Part shown: positions 9,796 to 18,750 of the stretch, one piece after another | Numbering within the stretch: position 1 is the first letter of the stretch | How the letters are laid out: every line of letters starts with the position of its first letter | IMG/VR virus record: IMGVR_UViG_2684622774_000013 | Reading direction: 5' to 3' (one strand) | DNA length: 44,555 nucleotides | Source of the DNA: a virus | Lineage: Duplodnaviria > Heunggongvirae > Uroviricota > Caudoviricetes | Notes under the pieces: model-generated | The model's database searches: none | What the model saw: the letters and a program-made list of their open reading frames with translations, nothing else | Told to the model about the DNA's origin: nothing | Made by a program: the position numbers and the translations under genes

Positions 9796-10228
9796 ATGAA
9801 AAATATTGCGACAGGCGACGTTCTTGAACGTATCCGCAGACTGGCCCCGTCACATGTAACCGCGCCATTCAAGACGGTAGCGGAGTGGCGCGAGTGGCAA
9901 CTTTCCGAAGGCCAGAAACGTTGTGAGGAGATCAACCGTCAGAATCGTCAGTTGCGGGTGGAAAAAATTCTGAATCGCTCTGGCATCCAGCCATTGCACC
10001 GCAAATGCTCGTTTTCGAATTACCAGGTGCAGAACGAAGCGCAGCGATACGCGTTGAGTCAGGCGAAATCCATCGCTGATGAACTGATGACCGGGTGTAC
10101 AAATTTTGCGTTCAGCGGAAAACCTGGTACCGGGAAGAACCACTTAGCGGCAGCTATCGGGAATCGCCTGCTGAAAGACGGTCAGACAGTGATTGTGGTT
10201 ACCGTGGCTGATGTTATGAGTGCCCTGC
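9796..10228 (+). CDS. ydaV: DnaC/IstB-like replication ATPase (helicase loader), 3-prime end lost in N-masked block
   Basis: Walker A motif FSGKPGTGKNHLAAAIG. ORF runs into the N-run at 10229-10530, so it is partial. Confidence 0.75.
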
Positions 10229-10554
10229 NNNNNNNNNNNNNNNNNNNNNNNNNNNNNNNNNNNNNNNNNNNNNNNNNNNNNNNNNNNNNNNNNNNNNNNN
10301 NNNNNNNNNNNNNNNNNNNNNNNNNNNNNNNNNNNNNNNNNNNNNNNNNNNNNNNNNNNNNNNNNNNNNNNNNNNNNNNNNNNNNNNNNNNNNNNNNNNN
10401 NNNNNNNNNNNNNNNNNNNNNNNNNNNNNNNNNNNNNNNNNNNNNNNNNNNNNNNNNNNNNNNNNNNNNNNNNNNNNNNNNNNNNNNNNNNNNNNNNNNN
10501 NNNNNNNNNNNNNNNNNNNNNNNNNNNNNNAATTTTTACCGGGAGGAAATTTTT

Positions 10555-11316
10555 ATGGAGACTGTTTTTGACGCACTGAAAGCAATGGGAAAAGCCACAT
10601 CCATAGAACTTGCTGCGCGACTTGATATCAGTCGTGAAGAAGTGCTGAACGAACTATGGGAACTGAAAAAAGCTGGTTTCGTTGATAAAAGCGCGTACAC
10701 CTGGCGTGTGGCTGATAACAACGTTCAGCAGGAACAGCCAATGCAGGCAGAACTGCCGGAAGAAACCACCACGGCAACTGTAGTGAAAATCTCAGAGTGC
10801 GATTTAACCGCGACGATTGAACAACGCGGACCACAAACGGCGGATGAACTGGCTACGCTGTTCGGTACAACATCCCGCAAAGTTGCTTCAACGCTGGCAA
10901 TGGCAATCAGCAAAGGACGCCTGATTCGCGTAAACCAGAACAGTAAATTTCGTTACTGCATGCCGGGCGATAATTTACCAGCAGAGCCGAAAGCTGCATC
11001 GGTAGCGGAAACTGATGGTAAAGCCTTTCCTCAGCCAGCCGGTGTTGCGTTACCAGTACAGGAAGCGGCAACACAGGAAGATATTAAAACAGAAACTGTG
11101 GCGGACATTGTGCAGTCGCTGCCATCGTTTACTGAAACGCAAGCGGATGACCTAGTTTTACCATCGCTGCATATGGCAAACCGCGAACTGCGTCGGGCGA
11201 AAAATCATGTCCAGAAGTGGGAGCGAGTCTGCGCCGCGCTGCGGGAGCTGAACAAGCACCGGGATATTGTCCGACAGATTGTCGATTCCTCCAGTCGTAT
11301 TGTGTCGGAAAAGTGA
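10555..11316 (+). CDS. ydaW: Phage protein with winged-helix N-terminus (253 aa), YdaW-like
   Basis: ATG at 10555 preceded by [53 protein letters not shown]... The track fuses it to ydaV through the N-run. Confidence 0.7.
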   Translation: METVFDALKAMGKATSIELAARLDISREEVLNELWELKKAGFVDKSAYTWRVADNNVQQEQPMQAELPEETTTATVVKISECDLTATIEQRGPQTADELATLFGTTSRKVASTLAMAISKGRLIRVNQNSKFRYCMPGDNLPAEPKAASVAETDGKAFPQPAGVALPVQEAATQEDIKTETVADIVQSLPSFTETQADDLVLPSLHMANRELRRAKNHVQKWERVCAALRELNKHRDIVRQIVDSSSRIVSEK

Positions 11317-11331
11317 TTGCCGGAGGCGCTT

Positions 11332-11748
11332 ATGGCAAAAGTTTTTACACAGGAAGAGCGTGAAAAAATTAAGGAGCAGGTTGTTGAGTTGGTACGCCAG
11401 AGTGGGCGCGAGACGTTAAGGCAACTGGAGGCCAAGACAGGTGCGACAAGATATCTGATGAGCATTCTTGCCAGAGAGTTGGTTGCCAGTGGCGATGTAT
11501 ACAACTCTGGCTATGGGTTATTCCCGTCTGAACAGGCTCGTAAGGATTGGAAAAACGCCCGCAAAAAACTATCCAGGGCAAAGGTGAAAAAAACGGTTGT
11601 GGTTGATCCTGACCTTATCTGGTCATTACCAGACGGAGAAATACGCCGCTATGACAGGCGTCAGAACATAATCTGTCGCGAGTGCCGGAAGAGTGAAGTT
11701 ATGAAACGTGTACTGGCATTTTATCAAGGAAATCTTCGGTATTTATAG
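11332..11748 (+). CDS. Hypothetical protein (138 aa)
   Basis: ATG at 11332 with GGAGG SD at 11322-11326. MAKVFTQEEREKIKEQVVELVRQSGRETLRQLEAKTGATRYLM...; function not recognised. Confidence 0.6.
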   Translation: MAKVFTQEEREKIKEQVVELVRQSGRETLRQLEAKTGATRYLMSILARELVASGDVYNSGYGLFPSEQARKDWKNARKKLSRAKVKKTVVVDPDLIWSLPDGEIRRYDRRQNIICRECRKSEVMKRVLAFYQGNLRYL

Positions 11749-11886
11749 ACGTTACTAGATCAAAGAGCATTAGTTCATATGTAAATTGACATTTTTCTGG
11801 CACAGGGGAGAGCTAGCGTGGTTGTCCGCTTTGTGCCAATAGCGGACATTGCTGGCTCATGGTATGTTAGTTTAAGGAGGCAGGTT

Positions 11887-12909
11887 ATGCCCTGTATTTC
11901 GCTGTGGTATAATAGTTGCGCAATTGATACAAGGGAGCGTTACATCGTGAAAATTGTTTTCGAGGTTAATGGAAAGAAAGTTCCACTAAAATCTTTAAAA
12001 TACATAAGCAAAAAAGATCAACTCGAAGTAATGAAAAACTGGTTCTTTGAAAACTTTGAAGATCCGGCAAATGCTTGTCCGTATGAAAGTAGAGAAGGTG
12101 GCTATGCTTACATATATGGCGGGCCGTATGATGCGAGCGAAGAACTACAATCCATCTTCGGTCAATATGTTAAATCTGAGTATATTGAGGAATTAGTAGA
12201 TGAATTACAAACACAATGTTTTGACTGGTCTGGAAACTCAAATAATATAGATGATTGGTACGATGATGATATCTACGACGCTGTAACGTCTTCCGGTAAT
12301 CCGTATTTAAAATTCATTGATAATATCGATAAAATAAAAAAACTTGCAAAAGATAAAACTGAACAACAGCAAAAAAACCACTTGCTTAGTTTGCTCTACA
12401 CGAATGTTATTACAGCTTTGGAAACGCTTTATGTTGAGCTATTCATTAATTCTATAGAGAAAGATGATGTCTACATAGCCAATTGTATAGAAAAAGGTAA
12501 GACTGAATTTAAAGTAAGCAAAGATATTGCTGCGTTGCCTTTCAAGGGTGAACCCATCGAGAAAATTAGGGGAGAGCTAATCAGGTCAATCAAGGAACAC
12601 TTGATCAGTGCAAGCTGGCATAGCACTAAAAAGGTAATCGACCGCTATGAAGCTACATTCGATATAAAAGTACAAAAAGACTGTCCGATAGAAGCTATTG
12701 AATTGGCAACCCTCAATCGAAATCACTTAGTGCATCGTGGTGGAAAGGATAAAGAAGGGAACCTCGTAGTGATTACAGACCAGGATCTTGAAACGCTGAT
12801 TGAAAATGCATCGAACCTGGCAATTATGCTCTACAACAGTTTAAATGTAGCAACGAATAAAACCACCATTTTGCAACCAGATGACAAACCGTTCATTCAT
12901 GAATTTTAA
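11887..12909 (+). CDS. Hypothetical protein (340 aa) with C-terminal R-x4-H motif, possible HEPN-like domain; first gene of AT-rich cassette
   Basis: ATG at 11887 with AGGAGG at 11875-11880. Alternative GTG start at 11947 preceded by TGgTATAAT (11905-11913) and GGGAG. Motif LNRNHLVHRGG near the C-terminus; coding sequence visibly AT-rich compared with flanks. Confidence 0.65.
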   Translation: MPCISLWYNSCAIDTRERYIVKIVFEVNGKKVPLKSLKYISKKDQLEVMKNWFFENFEDPANACPYESREGGYAYIYGGPYDASEELQSIFGQYVKSEYIEELVDELQTQCFDWSGNSNNIDDWYDDDIYDAVTSSGNPYLKFIDNIDKIKKLAKDKTEQQQKNHLLSLLYTNVITALETLYVELFINSIEKDDVYIANCIEKGKTEFKVSKDIAALPFKGEPIEKIRGELIRSIKEHLISASWHSTKKVIDRYEATFDIKVQKDCPIEAIELATLNRNHLVHRGGKDKEGNLVVITDQDLETLIENASNLAIMLYNSLNVATNKTTILQPDDKPFIHEF

Positions 12910-12924
12910 TAGCGCAGGTCATAC

Positions 12925-13926
12925 ATGGATATTCGCACACGAAAGACAAAATTTTTAGAGTCGTTAGATTCAACTGAAGTGATACGCAAAGCAGTAAGTC
13001 TCGCTATAGATTGCATTATTGATAATCATAATAGTAATGAAGATACCCCCTTAGTTATTACCAGCTATGATGATCTCTGTAGAATCCAGGTGCTAAATTA
13101 TGTACAGGAGTTTTGCGAAGCTGCATTCCCTGATATGGATGAATATTACTTTAGTCCTAACATACTTCGCATCAACGGCAAGACTAGTGAAGAAGCTTGT
13201 ATTAACTTAATTAAACTCTTAAGAAGTACAAAAGGCATGCTATTCTGGTCCGATGCCCCATCGTGGTTCGCTAGCCTCCCCGACGGATTATTCCATGTTG
13301 TTAACATTGATCAAAAAATCGTTACTCGCGGCCTTAATAAGAAAAACTCTAAGCCGACAATAATCAATAAAGATTACAGTGTAGATACACTACTATCAGA
13401 GCTATTTTTGAATGGCGCACACATGGAGCAACCCAACGTACACAACGTTTCTGAGGGAAACATGAAGTTCTATGATGAATGCCATGCTGGATTAATCAGA
13501 CCAATACCCGCTCCAATAGGCGCGTCATACGATGAAGAGATCACAATTAATTCTCCAGATTGGCAAAAGCTCGCGTGTGTAGCTTTACGCCGCTATCAGT
13601 CGAAGGAATGTCATGACGGAATGCAATGGGATACAACCGATCATGGTTGGACTGATGTAATCGCGTATCCATTCGTCGAAGAAATACAATCAATGGATAA
13701 TAGTGGTTATCGACAATGTTTAGTTGGGCTGGTCACAATAAACAATTCAAATGCAAATTCTCCGTACCTATCTACCGTTTGGATACATCCATTTTATCGC
13801 AGGAGAGGGTTATTAAGTAAGTTATGGCCAAAATTACAAGAGTTATATGGAAGTAACTTCGAAATTGAGCGACCTAATGAAAATATGAAAGCATTTCTGA
13901 AAAGTGCGAAACACGCAGATTACTAA
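12925..13926 (+). CDS. Hypothetical protein (333 aa) with GNAT-like C-terminal domain (motif A-like FYRRRGLLSKLW); second gene of cassette
   Basis: ATG 15 bp after the upstream stop, same strand, AT-rich. The C-terminal 130 aa show a GNAT-like pattern (VGLVTI..., RRRGLLSKL, NENMKAFLKS). N-terminal 200 aa not recognised. Confidence 0.7.
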   Translation: MDIRTRKTKFLESLDSTEVIRKAVSLAIDCIIDNHNSNEDTPLVITSYDDLCRIQVLNYVQEFCEAAFPDMDEYYFSPNILRINGKTSEEACINLIKLLRSTKGMLFWSDAPSWFASLPDGLFHVVNIDQKIVTRGLNKKNSKPTIINKDYSVDTLLSELFLNGAHMEQPNVHNVSEGNMKFYDECHAGLIRPIPAPIGASYDEEITINSPDWQKLACVALRRYQSKECHDGMQWDTTDHGWTDVIAYPFVEEIQSMDNSGYRQCLVGLVTINNSNANSPYLSTVWIHPFYRRRGLLSKLWPKLQELYGSNFEIERPNENMKAFLKSAKHADY

Positions 13927-14103
13927 TTTATGAATCAGTCTGTGGAGTTAGGGTTGGTGTGAACAAGTAGGGTAAGAGCCTCAACGTGATGCTATGCCGA
14001 CCTGCTCCCTGAGAATTCACACAGAAGGCTGCTAGCAATGTCTGCAGATCGCTCAAAGCGGACTAAAATGTTGGCTTGTTTCTGACTTAGAGCATTTAAG
14101 GAA

Positions 14104-14328
14104 GTGCTGGTGGTGACTGGTTGTTGTGTTCCATTTCTACAGAATAAAATCACAGAAACTATACCCAATAGTTGTATTGAATCACTGACGAGACAGCCTC
14201 ATATTTATCAGGACTGGTGTGCGTCTAATACAGGGGGTTGTCGTGCTGGTTCTCAAATGTGCGCTGGCTATTGCGGCTGTAATGGCAATTTATTGTCTTG
14301 CTGTTGTTCTTATGGAGCGGCTTTCTGA
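14104..14328 (+). CDS. Possible small Cys-rich peptide (about 71-74 aa, 12 Cys); coding status uncertain
   Basis: GTG-initiated ORF with AAGGAAG immediately upstream. C-terminal CRAGSQMCAGYCGCNGNLLSCCCSYGAAF. No recognisable family. Confidence 0.25.
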   Translation: MLVVTGCCVPFLQNKITETIPNSCIESLTRQPHIYQDWCASNTGGCRAGSQMCAGYCGCNGNLLSCCCSYGAAF

Positions 14329-14480
14329 TTGATTACATACTGGCTAGAAAAAAGGTGTTACCTTGGTTTATCTTTGTCCGGCAAGGTGCGCTCATTAATC
14401 TTAAGTAAATTTATTGCTCAAGTATTCAGATTACTTCTTATGGTTGAAGTCTCCTGTCAATGTAGAACCAATATATTTAC

Positions 14481-14517
14481 AAAAATGAGACCCGTCGGGG
14501 ATAGCCCTGCCGGGTCT
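14481..14517 (-). terminator. Candidate intrinsic terminator of the yeaR-like gene
   Basis: Inverted repeat AGACCCG / CGGGTCT (14488-14494 and 14511-14517) followed on the minus strand by a T-run (plus 14481-14485 AAAAA), about 30 nt downstream of the stop. Confidence 0.4.
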
Positions 14518-14546
14518 GACTGTTAAAGCATTTTTAATATGATCAT

Positions 14547-14885
14547 CTATTTTTTGGTGCTATAGACTTTTTCGCCCGAAAAGTCTGGAGCGACCCAAAA
14601 GTTAATATTAAACTGAGCATCATCGCTTAGTTCAACACGGTGCCAGTATTGTGGTGGGCTTGTTGCAAAAGCGCCAGCATTAATGACTACTTTTATCTCC
14701 GGTTCAGTAGCATTCTCATCAGTAAAACCATAATATGTTACAGTGCCTTCCATTACGCACAACTGCCCAAAAACACCTGCTGCTGTATTATGATGTGTTA
14801 ATAACGCTGAAGGTACGTTCTCTTTTGTGAAGAACGGAGTTGAGCGTTTGATTACCCAATCTTTAGGAATTCTCTTGTGTGTCAT
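14547..14885 (-). CDS. DUF1971 (YeaR-like, TehB-related cupin) protein, 112 aa
   Basis: MTHKRIPKDWVIKRSTPFFTKENVPSALLTHHNTAAGVFGQLCVMEGTVTYYGFTDENATEPE... resembles E. coli YeaR. ATG at 14885 with GGAGGAGG SD. Confidence 0.8.
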   Translation of the reverse strand: MTHKRIPKDWVIKRSTPFFTKENVPSALLTHHNTAAGVFGQLCVMEGTVTYYGFTDENATEPEIKVVINAGAFATSPPQYWHRVELSDDAQFNINFWVAPDFSGEKVYSTKK

Positions 14886-14893
14886 AACCACCT

Positions 14894-14930
14894 CCTCCAA
14901 AACATGCATTAAAAATGCATCTTTTGGAGG
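14894..14930. promoter_or_regulatory. 37-bp near-perfect palindrome with NsrR-box-like core (AACATGCATTAAAAATGCATCTT) upstream of the yeaR-like gene, overlapping its SD
   Basis: CCTCCAAAACATGCATT-A-AAAATGCATCTTTTGGAGG has one mismatch between arms. The core matches the 11-1-11 NsrR motif as remembered. The left arm overlaps the GGAGG SD, so the mRNA could fold into a 16-bp hairpin. Confidence 0.45.
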
Positions 14931-15698
14931 GTTATGTCAAGCTGTTATGAAACACATAATTGATATGTTGATTAGAGGAGAAGATAGAATAAATATGGTT
15001 GTTTTTCGTATAACTATTTGTTTTACTTTTAGTTTATGCATTCTGTGTGTTAGGAATAAGTTATTAAAGTTTAATCAAAAAATCTCGATGTAGTCCACAT
15101 AGATTACTGTTACTGAACCTTATTGTGTGTATTAGTTGTGTTCTGAAATTTCAGCTTAATTATTTATGATGTATTTTTTAACGATAAATATTTTCCCAGG
15201 ATACCTTTACTGTGTATATAAATAAATTATATACGCATAAATAATGTAAAGGCGTCCTTTTAGATATATCTTATCAAATGTTAATGACTTGAGTGGGAAA
15301 TATGATTCCAGCAACTTATCATGTGGCTACTTTATAAAAATAATGCCCATATAAAACAACAAGCGAAAAGGATTACGGATAAAAAAGGAGCGAGATGTGC
15401 GAACTTGTTATTTTCCATGTTTAACCACCTTAAATAATTGATGATGACGGGATGATTGCATCTGTAATGCTTTTATTGAAATGTTATGATAAAAAAGAAC
15501 TTTTGCATAACATTAAAATGTAATTTATCTAATCGTTTTTAATAATAAGTGTCGTATTTCTATCCTTGTACCAGCTATTTGATATGTAGTGTTTGTTCAT
15601 GCTATGTGGGGCTTTACACCATAGCCAGTTTATTTATACTTTATTCGTCAGCCTGAACAACTGGCATCTGCTGCGCTGCGCCATCGAGAGATTGAGAA

Positions 15699-16298
15699 AT
15701 GGCGCATATACAACTGGTCAAACAAACCTCTTCTGGTTTACTTCTCCCGGCGACGCCGGAGAGTTGCGATTTTCTGCATCAAATCAAAATAGGTGAGTGG
15801 ATACACGCAGACTTTAAGCGTGTGCGTAACTACGCATTCCACAAGCGTTTTTTCAAACTCCTGCAACTGGGATTCGATTACTGGACTCCGGTCGGTGGGG
15901 CGATCACGCCTCGCGAACGAGAACTGCTGTCTGGTTTCGTTGATTACCTGTGCGAATCAGTTGGTCGGGAACACACGCCAGCCCTGAGTGATGCCGCAGA
16001 GCAATACCTTAACACCGTTGCGACTCGTAGAACCCGGGATACGGCGTTGCTAAAGTCGTTTGAGGCTTTCCGCGAGTGGGTAACCATTCAGGCCGGATTT
16101 TACACCGAGCATATTTATCCGGACGGTAGCCGTGGGCGTCGGGCAAAATCCATCGCTTTTGCGAATATGGACGAAGTCGAGTTTCAGCAGGTTTATAAAT
16201 CTGTACTGAATGTGCTGTGGAACTGGATTCTGTTCCGTAAATTCTCCTCTCAGGAGGAAGTTGAAAATGTGGCCGCACAACTACTGGAGTTTGCGTAA
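15699..16298 (+). CDS. Phage nin-region protein (199 aa), DUF1367-like
   Basis: ATG at 15699. MAHIQLVKQTSSGLLLPATPESCDFLHQIKIGEWIHADFKRVRNYAFHKRFFKLL... Precedes ybcO-like and Q-like genes. Confidence 0.75.
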   Translation: MAHIQLVKQTSSGLLLPATPESCDFLHQIKIGEWIHADFKRVRNYAFHKRFFKLLQLGFDYWTPVGGAITPRERELLSGFVDYLCESVGREHTPALSDAAEQYLNTVATRRTRDTALLKSFEAFREWVTIQAGFYTEHIYPDGSRGRRAKSIAFANMDEVEFQQVYKSVLNVLWNWILFRKFSSQEEVENVAAQLLEFA

Positions 16299-16588
16299 TG
16301 GTGAATTTACGTAAAGCGGCTAAAGGCCAGATGTGCCAGATCAGAATCCCTGGCTACTGCAATCACAATCCCGAAACCTCTGTGCTGGCGCATTACAGGC
16401 TGGCGGGGACGTGCGGAACAGCGACAAAACCACATGATATGCAGGCGGCGATAGCCTGTAGCTCATGCCACGATCTAATCGACGGGCGGGTAAAAACCAG
16501 CGATTACACCAAAGAAGAATTGCGCCTGATGCATGCTGAAGGGGTTTTTCGCACACAAGAAATCTGGAGAAAGAAAGGTCATTTATGA
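16298..16588 (+). CDS. YbcO-like protein (DUF1364, putative Zn-binding nuclease), 96 aa
   Basis: MVNLRKAAKGQMCQIRIPGYCNHNPETSVLAHYRLAGTCGTATKPHDMQAAIACSSCHDLIDGR... resembles DLP12 YbcO. Start overlaps the upstream stop. Confidence 0.8.
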   Translation: MVNLRKAAKGQMCQIRIPGYCNHNPETSVLAHYRLAGTCGTATKPHDMQAAIACSSCHDLIDGRVKTSDYTKEELRLMHAEGVFRTQEIWRKKGHL

Positions 16589-17127
16589 TTTACCCAACGA
16601 ATACAGGAAAAAGCGGAGAACACCTTCGCCTCACCACGCTGGAAAGTGTCTGGATTCAGGGAAAACTACGTATGTGGGGGCGCTGGTCGTATATTGGCGG
16701 TGGCAGGTCAGGGAATATGTTCAATCAGTTGTTGGCATCCAAAAAACTGACGAAAACAGCCATTAATGAAGCCCTGCGCAGAATGAAAAAAGCGGGAATA
16801 GAGAAAGCTGAGCTGGAAGCGTTTTTGCGAGAGATGATCAACGGCAAGCAAAAGAGCTGGCTGGCGCATTGTACTGATGCAGAGGCGTTATGTATTGATC
16901 GAGTCATAAGTGAGGTGCTGGCAGAGCATCCAGGATTGATTTGCATTCTCCGGCAACGCTATGAAGGGCGGGGGATGACTAAGCGCAAAATGGCTGAATT
17001 GCTAAATGATGCACACCCAGAGTGGTGTTTTAGCACATGCGAAAAACGGATTGCTAATTGGTTAGCTGTTGCTGAGTATGCCCTATATATTCCCATGCGT
17101 GAATCATTTGCTGAGAAAATGGCTTGA
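16585..17127 (+). CDS. Putative late-gene antitermination protein Q (180 aa)
   Basis: Last gene before the lysis region, start overlapping ybcO-like stop (ATGA). N-terminal LRMWGRWSYIGGG resembles the Q antiterminator family. Followed by terminators. Confidence 0.6.
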   Translation: MIYPTNTGKSGEHLRLTTLESVWIQGKLRMWGRWSYIGGGRSGNMFNQLLASKKLTKTAINEALRRMKKAGIEKAELEAFLREMINGKQKSWLAHCTDAEALCIDRVISEVLAEHPGLICILRQRYEGRGMTKRKMAELLNDAHPEWCFSTCEKRIANWLAVAEYALYIPMRESFAEKMA

Positions 17128-17207
17128 TTTCTTACGTATAAACTGCTTCAATTTTGCTATGCTTCGCAAAGCTGTATCGCGAGGCGGATTGCAGACATGG
17201 ACATCGT

Positions 17208-17234
17208 AAAAAAACCGCTTAATGCGGTTTTTTT
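17208..17234 (+). terminator. Intrinsic terminator downstream of Q (bidirectional-looking, A-run / hairpin / T-run)
   Basis: AAAAAACCGC-TTAAT-GCGGTTTTTTT. Confidence 0.7.
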
Positions 17235-17521
17235 ACGTCAGGAAAGCAGGGGAGAATGCTGCTAGTTGGGCAACTGGTCTTTCTGCTCCAAATTATAACA
17301 GAGACCAGTTATAGTTTCGGTGCTGTGTTTTTTTTACAATATTGTGATAACACATTGCTGGCGGGAGTTTTGATATTTCTTGGCAGGGGCTGATGATGCG
17401 TTATCCTGATGTCGTCAACTCATATAAAATGAGATGAGAGATCATTGCAGGGTGGTTTGTAATTCGCTGTTTAGCGGGACAATATGTTGTCTGATACAAG
17501 ACACCCGACGCCTCAGATTAC

Positions 17522-17580
17522 TATAATAAAGACGAAGCATCCTTTGTATTGACCAACCGCCTGTTTAGGCGGTTCTTTTT
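17522..17580 (+). promoter_or_regulatory. Candidate late promoter -10 (TATAAT 17522-17527) followed about 28 nt later by an intrinsic terminator (17555-17580), pR'/tR'-like
   Basis: Perfect TATAAT hexamer, then hairpin AACCGCC-TGTTTA-GGCGGTT followed by CTTTTT. The arrangement resembles a short terminated leader that Q could read through. -35 is weak. Confidence 0.35.
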
Positions 17581-18171
17581 GGGCTGGTTTATTGTATGCC
17601 AAATGATTATTAAAAAGGTTGTGTTAATAACAAGATCCGAAATAATATGCCTGCATATTTTTATCTTGCTTATATTCTGCATATTGTGCATAGCAGGCTC
17701 ATCCCTGCAATCAAAACTGTATGATGAGTATTTTTTGTTTTCCTTTTTTCCAGTCATCTGATGATGACCTGCTTCTTTTTAATCCGGATCGACATCAGTT
17801 TTTTAAGATAATTCCTGCGAGTTATATGCATAAATGCCACAAACTCCGCATTTTATGTGGTTGGGAGTTGCCGGGCGCGCAGTGAGTTTGCTAAGAAAAC
17901 TCCTGCATGGTGAATCCCCCTGTGCGGTGGGGTGATACCATTAACCTTTTCTGTCGCCGACAGGTATCACGAACATTTTGTTCACCGGGAGGCACCCGGC
18001 ACCATGCACTTCAATAGATTCTCTCCACATTATGGATATTCTTTCAGAATATCCCACGCAGACTTTGTGTAAATGTTAACAAATGTGCGTTTTATTTGAT
18101 CTGATTCGCTGTTTGAGCGTCCAAAACAACGGTATATATAATCCTTTACTATATGACATATGTGAGGAAAA

Positions 18172-18600
18172 ATGGGTTTTCGTAGCGCATCAATTCTTAC
18201 GTTGATTATTAGTGGGATTATTATCGGGTGCACTGATGCTGTATCGACAAATTATCATGACCGTACATCATATTACTCCGATAAAGCAATAGAGACACAG
18301 TATGTGAGTTCATCTGAACGTACTTCTGATGTTAGTGAGGATATCCGTCTGTATGCCCATCAAATCAAGAGCGCCATCGAAAAACAGTTCGGGGATGCGA
18401 GTAAGTATTCAGGAAAAGAGTGTACACTGAGAATGCATATGGCCCCGAATGGCCTTCTACTGGAGGTTAAAAGAGAAAGTGGAGACCTCGATTTATGTCG
18501 TGAAGCGATGAATGCGATAAAGAATGCTGATATACCTGCCCCCCCTTCGCCGGAAGTATATAAAGTATTTCAAAATGGGGTGCTGGATTTTAAACCCTGA
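18172..18600 (+). CDS. Lipoprotein with TolA C-terminal (domain III)-like domain, 142 aa
   Basis: Signal peptide with lipobox (IIGC). C-terminal region (YAHQIKSAIEKQFGDASKYSGKECTLRMHMAPNGLLLEVKRESGDLDLCREAMNAIKNADIPAPPSPEVYKVFQNGVLDFKP) closely parallels E. coli TolA domain III. GAGGA SD; TATAAT at 18137-18142. Confidence 0.8.
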   Translation: MGFRSASILTLIISGIIIGCTDAVSTNYHDRTSYYSDKAIETQYVSSSERTSDVSEDIRLYAHQIKSAIEKQFGDASKYSGKECTLRMHMAPNGLLLEVKRESGDLDLCREAMNAIKNADIPAPPSPEVYKVFQNGVLDFKP

Positions 18601-18750
18601 TATTTATTGTTTTGTAATAAACGGTTTCGGCTTAGGTTTGTTCTGACACAGCTACGGCACTGAGCTAAATTTAGCGGATAGTCAGCTCTGAGCCAGTGGC
18701 GGACGTAACAACTACTATTGCTGAGATTTTAATGGATTGAGGAGCAAGAA

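Noticed and set aside
9360-9935. 191-aa minus-strand ORF
   Set aside because: Antisense to ydaU and the start of ydaV; no start context; spurious.
10229-10530. N-run of about 302 nt inside the ydaV/ydaW region, and four further N blocks (19793-20101, 40521-40687, 41448-41741, 42258-42570)
   Set aside because: These are masked or gap positions, not biological sequence. They fall inside conserved genes (DnaC-like, endolysin/Rz, J) and only make those genes partial. Track ORFs containing X runs are artefacts of reading through N.
9796-11316. 506-aa track ORF
   Set aside because: It is a fusion of two genes (DnaC-like ydaV and ydaW-like) read through the N block; ydaW has its own SD and ATG at 10555.
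14827-15093. 88-aa plus-strand ORF
   Set aside because: Overlaps the yeaR-like start and palindrome on the opposite strand in AT-rich sequence; the translation is low-complexity and hydrophobic; likely non-coding.
17549-17761. Small hydrophobic ORF (about 52-70 aa), considered as a hok/ldr-like type I toxin
   Set aside because: No convincing SD or ATG context, it overlaps the terminator hairpin at 17555-17580, and AT-rich sequence produces such ORFs by chance. Kept only as a remote possibility.
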